The notes under the pieces were generated by a model. That model saw nothing but the letters and a program-made list of their open reading frames with translations. It had not been told where the DNA came from and searched no databases. A stretch of DNA of 64,000 nt, from NCBI GenBank assembly GCA_963771165.1, contig CAVYSN010000020.1, positions 357-64,356 on the forward strand, read 5' to 3'. The DNA comes from an uncultured bacterium. Its GTDB lineage: Bacteria; Acidobacteriota; HRBIN11; JAKEFK01. Made by a program: the position numbers and the translations under genes. Below, in pieces: positions 17,480 through 26,821 of the stretch. How positions within the stretch are numbered: position 1 is the stretch's first letter; every line of letters starts with the position of its first letter.

Positions 17480-19475
17480 TACAATTTTCCGAAAGGAAGT
17501 CCTCGATACGTTGAGAGACAGACGTACTCTGTTCACAATGATCATTGTTCCTCTTTTGCTCTATCCCGGCCTGATGCTGCTTGTCAACTCGCTCGCCTCG
17601 AGTCAGCAAGTGAAGATGGAGCAGAAGACTGTAAAGATTGCTCTGATCAACATTTCGGAGAGAACGCATTTCATGCGTTTGATCCGTTCAAAACCTCGTA
17701 TTGAGATAGTACAAAGCCGGAATCCACGGGAAGATTTGAGACTGGGAGAGATCGATTTTGTCTTGAGGGCTCCGGAGAATCTTTCCGCTTTGCTCGATCA
17801 ACACAAAACCGCAAAGATACAACTTCTGTATGATCGATCCAACGACGATGCTGCTACCAACCTGGATCGGGTTCGCGAAATTGTGGAGACGTATTCGAAG
17901 GAATTATTATCGCTCCGTCTGGAAGAAAAGCATCTATCAGGTGAGTTCGTTCAGCCGGTGAATATTGAGGAAGTCAACGTAGCGACGAAAAGACGGATGG
18001 GCGGGTTTGTGATCAGCAGGTTTTTGCCGATGCTGATGGTCTTTATGATACTGGTGGGCGCCCTTTATCCTTCGATTGATATGACTGCAGGAGAAAAAGA
18101 AAGAGGGACACTCGAAACGATCCTGACAAGTCCTGCGACGAAGAGCGAAATTGTTTTGGGAAAATTCTTGACCGTGAGCCTGATCGCCTTGATTACAGGT
18201 CTACTGAATTTGGGGAGTATGATGGCCACGTTTTCTTTTGGAATCTTCAGCGGCCTCAGCGATGCGATTCAAATCAAGATTCCTGCCAGTTATATGCTGA
18301 TCATGCTGGTTTGCATGATTCCGCTGGCAATCTTTTTTAGCGGCGTTATGATGGCCATCTCTTCTTTTGCTCGTTCTTTTAAGGAAGCGCAGAATCTGGT
18401 TACGCCGTTTTATCTTGTTGCGACCATGCCGGCCATGATTTCCTCCATTCCGGGAATCCGTCTTGAAGGATTCTGGCTGACCTTCCCGATTGCGAATGTT
18501 GTCTTGCTGTTTAAGGAGCTGATGCTCGGAATCTTAAGCTGGCCTCACATTTTCGCCGTCTTTTTCTCGATCACTTTCCTGGCTTCTATCGCCATTTTTG
18601 CTGCCATCAAATTGTTCGGACGCGAGGAGGTTCTGTTCGGTGAAGTTTCATCGTTCGGACTCTCTTTTAAAAGGTCGAATATCGTGCCAAAACCAATTCC
18701 GGATTCATCCGAAGCTCTGTTTTTCACGATGATCTCTCTGGCGCTTCTGATTTATGTGGGTCTTCCACTGCAGATGCGGGATCTTGTTTCAGGGCTGATC
18801 TTTACCGAAATCGCCCTCTTCTTTGCATTGCCTGTAGCCTTTGCAATTTATTTGAAGGTGGATTTGCGGGAAACCTTCCGCTTAAGGCTGCCGTCCGCCC
18901 GATCCTTGATTGTCACTGTTCTATTGTTCGCCGGTATTGCTCTAACGATGAGCACAATCCTCTACATTCAGAATCGTCTGTTTCCGTTTCCGAAAGAACT
19001 GATGGATTTTCTTGAAAAGATGATGCAGGAAGTTTATGATCGCCCCTTCTGGCAGGTTTTATGCCTGATCGCCCTGCTTCCCGCGATTTGCGAGGAGACG
19101 ACATTCCGGGGAATTGTATTCTCCGGTCTCTTAAGCCGTAAAAAGCCATGGGTTGCCATGTTCATTACGGCGCTTTTTTTTGGCATATTTCATTTAAGTC
19201 TGCACCGTTTTCCCGGTGTATTCCTGATCGGTTTCGCTGCCTGTTTCGTTGTCTATATCTCAGGTTCCCTGTTTACAGGGATCCTTCTGCACGCTATGAG
19301 CAATGCCTTTGTGAGTTTCATCGGACTTTATCCACAATATGATTGGCTTGGAATCAATAATATGCAGGCATCCCCTTACGCATTGCTGGGAGTGACGCTG
19401 ATCGGCTTTGCGATTTATCTGGGAATGGGTAAATTCGGTATGAAGGCCGGGACTTTTTTGCGGTATTCCAGATAA
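17460..19475 (+). CDS. ABC-2-type permease fused to a C-terminal CPBP (CAAX/Abi) intramembrane protease domain
   Basis: The N-terminal ~400 aa look like a NatB-type ABC-2 permease (one TM, a large loop, then a TM bundle). The C-terminal domain has CEETTFRGIVFSGL, FFGIFHL and LHAMSNAF, the three CPBP motifs. Start at ATG 17460 overlaps the ATPase stop. Confidence 0.75.
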   Translation: MRLNKINTIFRKEVLDTLRDRRTLFTMIIVPLLLYPGLMLLVNSLASSQQVKMEQKTVKIALINISERTHFMRLIRSKPRIEIVQSRNPREDLRLGEIDFVLRAPENLSALLDQHKTAKIQLLYDRSNDDAATNLDRVREIVETYSKELLSLRLEEKHLSGEFVQPVNIEEVNVATKRRMGGFVISRFLPMLMVFMILVGALYPSIDMTAGEKERGTLETILTSPATKSEIVLGKFLTVSLIALITGLLNLGSMMATFSFGIFSGLSDAIQIKIPASYMLIMLVCMIPLAIFFSGVMMAISSFARSFKEAQNLVTPFYLVATMPAMISSIPGIRLEGFWLTFPIANVVLLFKELMLGILSWPHIFAVFFSITFLASIAIFAAIKLFGREEVLFGEVSSFGLSFKRSNIVPKPIPDSSEALFFTMISLALLIYVGLPLQMRDLVSGLIFTEIALFFALPVAFAIYLKVDLRETFRLRLPSARSLIVTVLLFAGIALTMSTILYIQNRLFPFPKELMDFLEKMMQEVYDRPFWQVLCLIALLPAICEETTFRGIVFSGLLSRKKPWVAMFITALFFGIFHLSLHRFPGVFLIGFAACFVVYISGSLFTGILLHAMSNAFVSFIGLYPQYDWLGINNMQASPYALLGVTLIGFAIYLGMGKFGMKAGTFLRYSR

Positions 19476-20101
19476 TCTTTTCCCAATTCCCGAATCAAAC
19501 TTCTTTCTTCCAACGCGGTGCCTATTAGCGCATACGCTGTAAACAAAGCGTTGAAAAGGAATCTCCCGGAGGTCAGGGATTCATGAGACCAGAGCGCCAG
19601 GATGAACAAGGCCGTAATCGGATGTCGAACAATGCCGTAAATCCCATCCGTCCGAAGCCCAGGCGAGGGAAGAGGAAGTCCTTTCCATCCTGCGTATCCT
19701 TGATACAGACCGAACATCTGAGTGTGATTCAATGCCACTGTGGAAATGATGATCAATACGAGAGATGCATAGAACAATGTATTGAATAACAAGGAGATCG
19801 TCGTTTGATACAGAAATGGACCAAACGGCTTCCACACGAGCAGCACAATCCACAACGCAATTCCCGATGTCAAAACATACAAAGGACGATGAAGATAGGG
19901 ATGGATTCGTTTTTTGATGAATTGCCGGGGCAGAAGAGAGTGCTGAAGTGGAAAAACCAGGAAAATCATCACGTTTACCCACAGCGAGGCTTGAGCGAAG
20001 ACGGGCGCGACAGTGTCTCCGAATTCGATAAACCAGAAGAAGAAAAATAGGGAGCTCATGCCAACGAGATAAGCGAGTAAAGAAAAAAGAAAGTAGGCCA
20101 A
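19415..20101 (-). CDS. Membrane methyltransferase of the ICMT/PEMT/NnrU-like family
   Basis: Polytopic. C-terminal GIYGIVRHPI...ALEERSLIRELGKDYLEYRKKVPAFIP is the family-typical region. Its 3' end overlaps the convergent 17460..19475 gene by 61 nt. Confidence 0.65.
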   Translation of the reverse strand: MAYFLFSLLAYLVGMSSLFFFFWFIEFGDTVAPVFAQASLWVNVMIFLVFPLQHSLLPRQFIKKRIHPYLHRPLYVLTSGIALWIVLLVWKPFGPFLYQTTISLLFNTLFYASLVLIIISTVALNHTQMFGLYQGYAGWKGLPLPSPGLRTDGIYGIVRHPITALFILALWSHESLTSGRFLFNALFTAYALIGTALEERSLIRELGKDYLEYRKKVPAFIPNLPIPR

Positions 20102-20224
20102 ACTTCATTCCAAGCAGGCAGCATTGCCTGCGATCCTTAATGTCAGGCTGGAAGCCTGCGCTCCTACAAAAGCTTATTCTTGAATGATTGTCAATTTTAG
20201 CCAATATGCTAAGATGAATGACCC

Positions 20225-20737
20225 GTGTCCAAACAGCAAAATTCTTTTGACGTTGTGTCCAATATTGATGTGCAGGAAGTGTCGAATGCCGTGCACCAGG
20301 CGATGAAGGAAATTCAAACGAGATTTGACTTCAAAGGGAGCAAAAGCAACATAACTTTTGACGGAAAAGAAGAGATTGTCCTGATATCGGACGACGAGAA
20401 GAAATTAAAGAGCGTCGTTGAGATTTTGAAGGAGAAGCTGATCAAGAGAAAGGTTCCCTTGAACGGCTTTGTTTATGGAAAGATCGAAGAGGCCGCCGGC
20501 AGTACGGTTCGACAGGTTGCCAAGTTGCAACAGGGAATCGCTTCGGAGAAAGCAAAGGAAATCGTGAAAATTATAAAGAACTCAAAGCTAAAGAAGGTTC
20601 AAGCTTCGATTCAGGCAGATCAGGTTCGCGTCACCAGTCCGAACAAGGATGAGCTTCAGGAAGTGATTAAAATGCTTCGAGAGCAGGAAGCGACTCTTGG
20701 AATTCCTTTGCAATTTACAAATTACAGGTCAAATTAG
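20225..20737 (+). CDS. yajQ: YajQ-family nucleotide-binding protein (UPF0234)
   Basis: SFDVVSNIDVQEVSNAVHQAMKEIQTRFDFKGS... matches the YajQ N-terminus. About 170 aa, GTG start. Confidence 0.85.
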   Translation: MSKQQNSFDVVSNIDVQEVSNAVHQAMKEIQTRFDFKGSKSNITFDGKEEIVLISDDEKKLKSVVEILKEKLIKRKVPLNGFVYGKIEEAAGSTVRQVAKLQQGIASEKAKEIVKIIKNSKLKKVQASIQADQVRVTSPNKDELQEVIKMLREQEATLGIPLQFTNYRSN

Positions 20738-20742
20738 CACAC

Positions 20743-21750
20743 ATGATTAAGCAGTTGCCCCGGGAACTGGCAGTTTTTCCACCGGATTTGACGAATCATC
20801 TGGAAGAAAAACTCCAGTCGCTGGAACAGGAAATCGAAAAATACCTTTCGTCGGAAATCGACATCATTGGTCGGATGGGCCGTTACATTTTCCAAAGCGG
20901 CGGAAAACGGATCCGCCCGCTCCTGGTTATTTTGAGCTCAAAGATTGTGGGTTACAGAGGCGATCAGGATGTGATTTTCGCGGCCATCATGGAGTTTGTT
21001 CATACAGCGACCCTGATTCATGACGATATCATCGATGAAGCGACGCAACGACGCGGCCGTGCCTCACTGAACTTGAAATGGGGCAACAACTTGACAGTGC
21101 TCATGGGTGACTACCTTTACACAAAAGCCATGTCACTTGCGTTGACCCGCGAGCACATGCGGATCCTGCGACTCATCTCAGACATCACGCTTCGCATGCT
21201 GGAAGGGGAGATGATCAGCCTTGAAAGGAATGGAGATATCGGGATCTCCGAGCAGGACCACTTAAACTTGATCCGCCGAAAAACAGCCTATTTGTTCTCT
21301 GCCTGCACACAAATTGGCGGAATTCTGGGAAAGGTATCACCTCAGAAGGAGGCAGCGCTTCAGAATTTCGGATTGAACCTCGGAATGGCCTTTCAATTGA
21401 TCGATGACCTTCTCGATTACACCTCCACCGAAAATGTTCTTGGAAAAGACGTCGGCCATGATTTGCGAGAAGGAAAAATTACCCTTCCTTTGATCTACCT
21501 TCTGGAAAGATCAAACGGTGATCATGAAATCAACGATATTCGTAATGCTCTGGTGGAAAAGAATTACGATGCGATTCCGCGTGAGCGGCTGCTTCATCAC
21601 CTGAATGAAAGCAATGCATTCACAGATGCGGAAAAAAAGGCGAAGTTCTATGCATCTTTAGCGAAGAATGATCTGGCGGTTTTCGATGATTCAGAAGCCA
21701 AGACTGCCATGCTGAATCTCTTAGATTTCGTTATTCAGCGGAACTGGTAA
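20743..21750 (+). CDS. ispB: Long-chain polyprenyl diphosphate synthase (octa/hepta/solanesyl type)
   Basis: LIHDDIIDEATQRRG and FQLIDDLLDY Asp-rich motifs. The 335 aa length is typical of IspB-like enzymes. Confidence 0.8.
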   Translation: MIKQLPRELAVFPPDLTNHLEEKLQSLEQEIEKYLSSEIDIIGRMGRYIFQSGGKRIRPLLVILSSKIVGYRGDQDVIFAAIMEFVHTATLIHDDIIDEATQRRGRASLNLKWGNNLTVLMGDYLYTKAMSLALTREHMRILRLISDITLRMLEGEMISLERNGDIGISEQDHLNLIRRKTAYLFSACTQIGGILGKVSPQKEAALQNFGLNLGMAFQLIDDLLDYTSTENVLGKDVGHDLREGKITLPLIYLLERSNGDHEINDIRNALVEKNYDAIPRERLLHHLNESNAFTDAEKKAKFYASLAKNDLAVFDDSEAKTAMLNLLDFVIQRNW

Positions 21751-21766
21751 ACGCGGTAGAACCCGC

Positions 21767-21835
21767 GTAGTGGCAAACAATTCCTGTGCAATCCTGATTT
21801 TGGCGTGATTACCCGGCAAATGCTCTGCCACTACC
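21767..21835. mobile_element. MITE-like element with GTAGTGGCA...TGCCACTAC ends, copy 2 (shorter, inverted relative to copy 1)
   Basis: Left end gtagtggcaaacaattcct; right end caaatgctctgccactacc. Aligns with the reverse complement of 7869-7975 at both ends, with an internal deletion. Confidence 0.6.
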
Positions 21836-21851
21836 ATTTTCAGGGAAGGTC

Positions 21852-22550
21852 TTGAAAAAACTCTTACGTCGCTTCCTTTGGATTTGTTCAGCTGTCCTGC
21901 TGTTTTTCATTCTTTATACTCTTTACTGCTTCATTTCAGCGCCTGACCTCTGCTCACTCGCAAAAAATAATCCGAAAACAACCGCATTTATTGAGCAACG
22001 GAAGGATGAATGGGTAGAGAAGGGTTCCAAAAGGAAGATCTATCAAATCTGGGTTCCGCTATCCCGGATTTCACCGAATCTCCAAAAGGCGGCGATTGTT
22101 GCCGAAGATCCGAATTTTTATTATCACCACGGGCTCGATTTCTTCGCGATCAAACTCGCATTCAAACGGAACTGGGAAGAACGTGAACTGGCGGTGGGAG
22201 CGAGCACAATCACCCAGCAACTCGTAAAAAATCTTTATCTCTCTTCGTCGAGAAATCCTCTCAGAAAGTATAGAGAAGCGATTCTGGCGCTTCGACTCGA
22301 GCGATGTGTAAAAAAGGGCCGGATTCTCGAAACCTATTTGAACGTGATCGAGTGGGGCGAATCGACGTATGGCGCCGAAGCCGCCGCTCGTCGCTATTTT
22401 GGCAAACCTGCTTCAGCCATAACACAAAGTGAAGCGGCCTTACTGGCTGCGATGATTCCCAATCCAAAGATCTACAATCCTTTGAAGAAGAACCCGGCCG
22501 TCTATAAACGGCAGCAGCGAATCCTTCGAAGGATGGCAAAAAGCAGGTAA
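21852..22550 (+). CDS. mtgA: Monofunctional biosynthetic peptidoglycan transglycosylase
   Basis: N-terminal TM segment, AEDPNFYYHHGLDF (EDxxFxxHxG) and GASTITQQLVKN. TTG start. Confidence 0.85.
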   Translation: MKKLLRRFLWICSAVLLFFILYTLYCFISAPDLCSLAKNNPKTTAFIEQRKDEWVEKGSKRKIYQIWVPLSRISPNLQKAAIVAEDPNFYYHHGLDFFAIKLAFKRNWEERELAVGASTITQQLVKNLYLSSSRNPLRKYREAILALRLERCVKKGRILETYLNVIEWGESTYGAEAAARRYFGKPASAITQSEAALLAAMIPNPKIYNPLKKNPAVYKRQQRILRRMAKSR

Positions 22551-22607
22551 ACTGTACGTACCGGCAACTTCAAATGCTGGGTTCCGGCCGGCTGGTTCCT
22601 TCAAACA

Positions 22608-24092
22608 ATGAAAATCAGCTTTCTGTGGATTTGTTTGCTGCTCGTTGCCTGCGGGATGCCCGAAAAGCGAGAACTACGGGTGATGACTTCGACACCGATC
22701 ACCTCCCTGGATCCGCATACAACCGAAGATTCAACCACCTTATCTTTTCTTTCCAATGTTTACGAACCTCTTGTGAGTTCAACAACGAGCAATCAGGCTG
22801 TTCCGGTTCTTGCGGTTGCGTGGTCGAATCCTGATGAGCATACCTGGCGGTTCGATTTACGACAGAACGTGCGTTTTCATGATGGGTCAATCTTTTCAGC
22901 GGAAGATGTGAAATACAGCATTGATCGAGGCACCAAACATCCGCAGTCCTGGATCAAACCGGAACTCCCTTTATTGCGCGAAGTTCGCGTCGTTGATAAT
23001 GACACCGTCGAAATTGTTTCAGTAAAGCCTTCTCCACTTTTACTGAATAACATGACAAGGGTTCTAATCGTACCGAAGAACTCAGAAAACTATTTATCGA
23101 GACGTTGTAACGGAACAGGGCCCTACAGACTGGAGAAAATCGAGAAGGAGGAAGCGGTGATCGCGGGTTATGCGAAATACTGGAAAGGCAAACCATACTG
23201 GCGCCGTGCTGTATTTGTTTCGGAAAGGGATGTGGATCGAAGATTAAATGCGATACTGGAGAATAATGCCGATGTGATTGATCATCCCCCGGAGGGAAGT
23301 TTGACCAGATTGGAAGGCGAAAAGAAAGCTCACGTAATTCAAAGTCCCGGTTTGAAGATCACTGTTCTCGGTTTTGTTGTGAAGGATCCGTCCAATCCTT
23401 TTTCCGATGCTTCCGTACGTCGAGCAGTTGCGCTTGCCATCGATCAGCAGCAACTAATTAATGAGTCATTTTTCGGGCTAGCAGAGAAAACCAGTCAGCT
23501 GGCTCCTCCCGAAGTGTTCGGATACTCCACAGATCTGCAGGTTCCTTTGAGGGATTTGCAAAAAGCAAAGGCCACCCTCTCCCGCTCGAAATTTCCCAAC
23601 GGCTTTCGGCAGACCTTATATTTCGGGATCGGAAGCAAGAGGATTGCGGATTCTCTTGCATTGCAATTGCGGCCGCTTGGAATTGAACTGGAAAAGCATG
23701 AGATTGAGTGGAAAGAATTAGATGCTTCTTTGCAGGCGCAAAAGGCTCCTGCCTACCTCGTGCAATGGACCTTCCCTGTTCAGGACAGCGGTGACATTCT
23801 CTATTTCGGTTTTCATACGAAGACACCGGGCAGAGAATTCGGATCGCTGAACTTTTCCGGTTTCTCTGATGCGGGCCTGGACAAAATCCTTGAGGAAAGC
23901 GCAAGCGAAATGAAAGTAGAACGCAGGCGGGCTTTACTGAATGAAGGAATGAAATTAGCGATGCATTCAGATGTATTCATACCGCTTTGTATCCGCCGCA
24001 ATTTCTTCGCTGTGAATAACAAACTCAAATGGAACGGCAACATTTCCGGGAAAATTATTCTGGAGGAAATTCGGTTCGCTTCCGCTCTGTAA
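22608..24092 (+). CDS. ABC transporter substrate-binding lipoprotein, family 5 (peptide/nickel type)
   Basis: Lipobox LLVACG. Length and overall pattern fit SBP family 5. No permease or ATPase gene is adjacent. Confidence 0.75.
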   Translation: MKISFLWICLLLVACGMPEKRELRVMTSTPITSLDPHTTEDSTTLSFLSNVYEPLVSSTTSNQAVPVLAVAWSNPDEHTWRFDLRQNVRFHDGSIFSAEDVKYSIDRGTKHPQSWIKPELPLLREVRVVDNDTVEIVSVKPSPLLLNNMTRVLIVPKNSENYLSRRCNGTGPYRLEKIEKEEAVIAGYAKYWKGKPYWRRAVFVSERDVDRRLNAILENNADVIDHPPEGSLTRLEGEKKAHVIQSPGLKITVLGFVVKDPSNPFSDASVRRAVALAIDQQQLINESFFGLAEKTSQLAPPEVFGYSTDLQVPLRDLQKAKATLSRSKFPNGFRQTLYFGIGSKRIADSLALQLRPLGIELEKHEIEWKELDASLQAQKAPAYLVQWTFPVQDSGDILYFGFHTKTPGREFGSLNFSGFSDAGLDKILEESASEMKVERRRALLNEGMKLAMHSDVFIPLCIRRNFFAVNNKLKWNGNISGKIILEEIRFASAL

Positions 24093-24123
24093 CAATATTG
24101 AATCCATCCGGGCTCGTTAAGGT

Positions 24124-24191
24124 TTTGAACAGAAGACAGCGAAGCAAGCGAAGGAGTTTTGTATTTTGCTGTCTTTGTTATCTTCTGTAAA
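24124..24191. repeat. Hairpin element, AGAAGA-GCGAAG family
   Basis: Arms are tttgaacagaagacagcgaagcaagcgaagg (24124-24154) and ttgctgtctttgttatcttctgtaaa (24166-24191). Same family as 60507-60575. Lies between convergent genes. Confidence 0.8.
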
Positions 24192-24260
24192 GGATAGAGT
24201 AGTGTTTCGATTTACGTAGTTGCTTTAATTTTGCGTGTATGCGCTTCCACCGTAGGTCGC

Positions 24261-25439
24261 TTATTCGGTGTAGCCTTTCCGGTGTCTGAGATCGATTCCT
24301 GATTCTTTCGAAATGACCCTGATCTTGTGATATTCGCCCTGTTTTGTATGAACAGGCGGCGAGTAACAGAGTAGATACTGGTGATTCAGATCGGTGATGA
24401 CTTGCTTAAATCCGATTTTGAAGTTTTGCGAGTTGTAAAAAGCTGTTCCGCCTGTTTCATTCGCAATTTCCACCAGTGAATCCTGATATTCCGATTTTGC
24501 TCCAAGTCCGCCGGTATCGATCGTATAAAAGGTGACATTCAGCTTATTCAATTTTCCCAGGGTTTTCCTGATTTCACGACGCATGTCCATGTTGGCTTCC
24601 TGCACCTGTGATAGCGCTGCAAACTCTTCCGGATTTGTTGCGGCGGAGGCAAGATTGAATACGATATCGTAATACTGGCGTCCAGGGTCGACAGAAAAGC
24701 CTCCCGACACATAGACCACAACGGGGTCCTCACCCAGACTCAACGAGGAAATATGTTCAGCGAATTTCTCTACAGCTTTCAGCGTGTATTCACTGATTTG
24801 CTGGTCCTGTCTCGCGTAAGTTCTTGCAAGCCTGTGGGCGTCTCGAGCTTTATCTACAAGTTCCGTTGCTCCTTTGTCCAAAGCACTCTCATCAGTTGAG
24901 ATCACGCGATTGAGTTCATCCAAATTCCGCCGGACTGTGATCTCGCGATCCGCTCCTGCCTGCGCCTTCCCGATTAAGATTCGGATTCTGCTCAGATCCT
25001 TTGTGAGGGGCGAAACAATGCCCATTCTGCCGTTGGGCATGAGGGCCGCGAGCATAACCTCGTGTCCACCATTCGACAGGGAATTGATGAATTCATTCAA
25101 GTGAATTCGGATGGAGTTCCATTCTCTAGACGACGTGTTGTAGAGATCCAAAAATAGCACAAACTTCTTCGAAACGGCCTCCACTGGTTTTGATGTCTGT
25201 ACCGGTGCCTCGCTGCCGGCTATCACCTGCTCTTCAAAACAGGTGATGTTCACTCTCTTATCGTCCTCATAGACTTCAAAATCTTCCATCGTCAGGCCGG
25301 TCACGGGCTGTCCATTGCTATCAACGGCCTTTAACCACACATGGACCGAGGAAACAGTGACCCTGTAATCTTGCGAAGAGAGGGAGAGACTCATCAGGCT
25401 GAAGGTCAATACGTAAAACAAGAATCTGGATTTCAGCAT
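24261..25439 (-). CDS. Secreted VWA-like protein, acidobacterial VWFA-related type, tandem paralog 1
   Basis: Signal peptide, then the family start YRVTVSSVHVWLKAVDSNGQPVTGLTMEDFEVYEDDKRV. VWA-like beta strands follow (KKFVLFLDL, VVVYVSGGFSVDPG, VTFYTIDTGG), and the protein ends DLRHRKGYTE. Confidence 0.75.
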   Translation of the reverse strand: MLKSRFLFYVLTFSLMSLSLSSQDYRVTVSSVHVWLKAVDSNGQPVTGLTMEDFEVYEDDKRVNITCFEEQVIAGSEAPVQTSKPVEAVSKKFVLFLDLYNTSSREWNSIRIHLNEFINSLSNGGHEVMLAALMPNGRMGIVSPLTKDLSRIRILIGKAQAGADREITVRRNLDELNRVISTDESALDKGATELVDKARDAHRLARTYARQDQQISEYTLKAVEKFAEHISSLSLGEDPVVVYVSGGFSVDPGRQYYDIVFNLASAATNPEEFAALSQVQEANMDMRREIRKTLGKLNKLNVTFYTIDTGGLGAKSEYQDSLVEIANETGGTAFYNSQNFKIGFKQVITDLNHQYLLCYSPPVHTKQGEYHKIRVISKESGIDLRHRKGYTE

Positions 25440-25529
25440 AGAACTATGGCACCTGGTGGTTAGAGGGCTTCTGCAACGCGAATCATTCGGTCACTAGGAT
25501 TTTGTTTACACTTTGCAATATGCAGTATC

Positions 25530-26693
25530 TCAGTCGGTATATCCTTTGCGGTGTCTCAGGGTGACGCCCGAACGTTTTGTGGATACTTTAATTTTGTGGT
25601 ACTGACCCCTCTTGGTATGAGCCGGTGGATTAAAGCAGAGAAGGTACTGATGATTCAAATCCGTCAGGACTTCTTGTAAGCCAATTTTAAAATTTTGTGA
25701 ATTGTAAAAGGCGGTTCCACCTGTCTCGTTTGCCATCTCAACAAGGGAATCTTGGTATTCAGCAGCTCCACCCAATCCGACCGTGTCGATTGTATAGAAA
25801 GTAACGTTCATTTTATTCAATTTGCCGAGAGTCCTTTTGATTTGATCAACCATTTCGAGATTACCTTCCTGAAATTGCTGGAACACCGTAAACTCCTCTG
25901 TGGTTCCTGCAGTGGCGGCCATATTGGAGATCACATCGTAATACTGTCTTCCCGGATCGACAGAGAAACCGCCCGATACGTAAACCACAATGGAGTTATC
26001 ACCTAAGTTTTCAATGGCCATGTGCTGGGCAAATTTTTCGATCGCTTGCAATGTGTATTCGCTGAGAAGTTGTTCCTGGCGAGCGTAAGCGCGCGCAAGC
26101 CGGTGGGCATCCCGAACTTTGTCAATAAATTCGATTCTTGGGCTCTCGTCTGAGATAAGTCTATTAATTTCATCCAGATTCTTTCTGATGTTGATGTTGC
26201 GGTCGGTACCAGCCTGGGCTTTATGCAACAGGATTCGAATTCTATTCAAGTCCTTTGTGAATGGTGAAACGATTCCCATTTTTCCGTTTGGCAGGAATGC
26301 CCCAAGCATCACTTCATGTCCCCCTCCGGAAAGTGAATTAATAAATCCGAGCAGATGAGGTTTGATGGACCAGTACTCTCTTGCGGAAGTATTGAAAAGA
26401 TCCAGGAACAGCACAAATTTCTTAGAAACGACGTGCAAGGGCTTTCTTGTTTGTACCGGCGCCGGAGATCCTGCAATCGATTGTTCTTCAAAACAGGTGA
26501 TCTGGACTTTTGAATTATCTTCTTTTATATCGAAATCTTGTGCGGTCAGCCCGATCACGGGTTGTCCTTTCCAGTCAACTGCCTTTACCCACACTTCGAC
26601 AGTCGAAACGGTGACCTGATATTCTTGCGAATATAGCGAAGAACCGGCAAGGCCAATGATGATGACCTTTAACAAAAATCTGATTTTCAACAT
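25530..26693 (-). CDS. Secreted VWA-like protein, tandem paralog 2
   Basis: Colinear with paralogs 1 and 3 over the full length. 387 aa, with a 5-residue gap in the variable mid region. Confidence 0.75.
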   Translation of the reverse strand: MLKIRFLLKVIIIGLAGSSLYSQEYQVTVSTVEVWVKAVDWKGQPVIGLTAQDFDIKEDNSKVQITCFEEQSIAGSPAPVQTRKPLHVVSKKFVLFLDLFNTSAREYWSIKPHLLGFINSLSGGGHEVMLGAFLPNGKMGIVSPFTKDLNRIRILLHKAQAGTDRNINIRKNLDEINRLISDESPRIEFIDKVRDAHRLARAYARQEQLLSEYTLQAIEKFAQHMAIENLGDNSIVVYVSGGFSVDPGRQYYDVISNMAATAGTTEEFTVFQQFQEGNLEMVDQIKRTLGKLNKMNVTFYTIDTVGLGGAAEYQDSLVEMANETGGTAFYNSQNFKIGLQEVLTDLNHQYLLCFNPPAHTKRGQYHKIKVSTKRSGVTLRHRKGYTD

Positions 26694-26763
26694 AAAACTG
26701 GAATCCCTGTTGTCTTTCGTAGGCAGCGAAATTCTAACAAAATGAAGTGGGAACTGAGATTAG

Positions 26764-26788
26764 TGTAGATTGTAGATTCAATATTGCA
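26764..26788. repeat. AT-rich tgtagattg-unit repeat between VWA paralogs 3 and 2
   Basis: tgtagattgtagattcaatattgca. Shares the tgtagattg unit with 16612-16655. Confidence 0.5.
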
Positions 26789-26821
26789 TATTTCATAGTG
26801 ATTCGTCTGATTGCTTGACAC

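Noticed and set aside
19581-20204. 207 aa ORF on the minus strand overlapping the methyltransferase gene
   Set aside because: It is an alternative frame of 19415..20101 and is Arg/Ser/Cys-rich with no hydrophobic periodicity. The other frame has the conserved GIYGIVRHP...VPAFIP family signature.
20188-20215. Sigma-70 promoter TTGTCA-16 nt-TAAGAT upstream of yajQ
   Set aside because: The -10 candidate ends only 9 nt before the GTG start, so the mRNA would be nearly leaderless. The match is weak, and I cannot support it without 5' end data.
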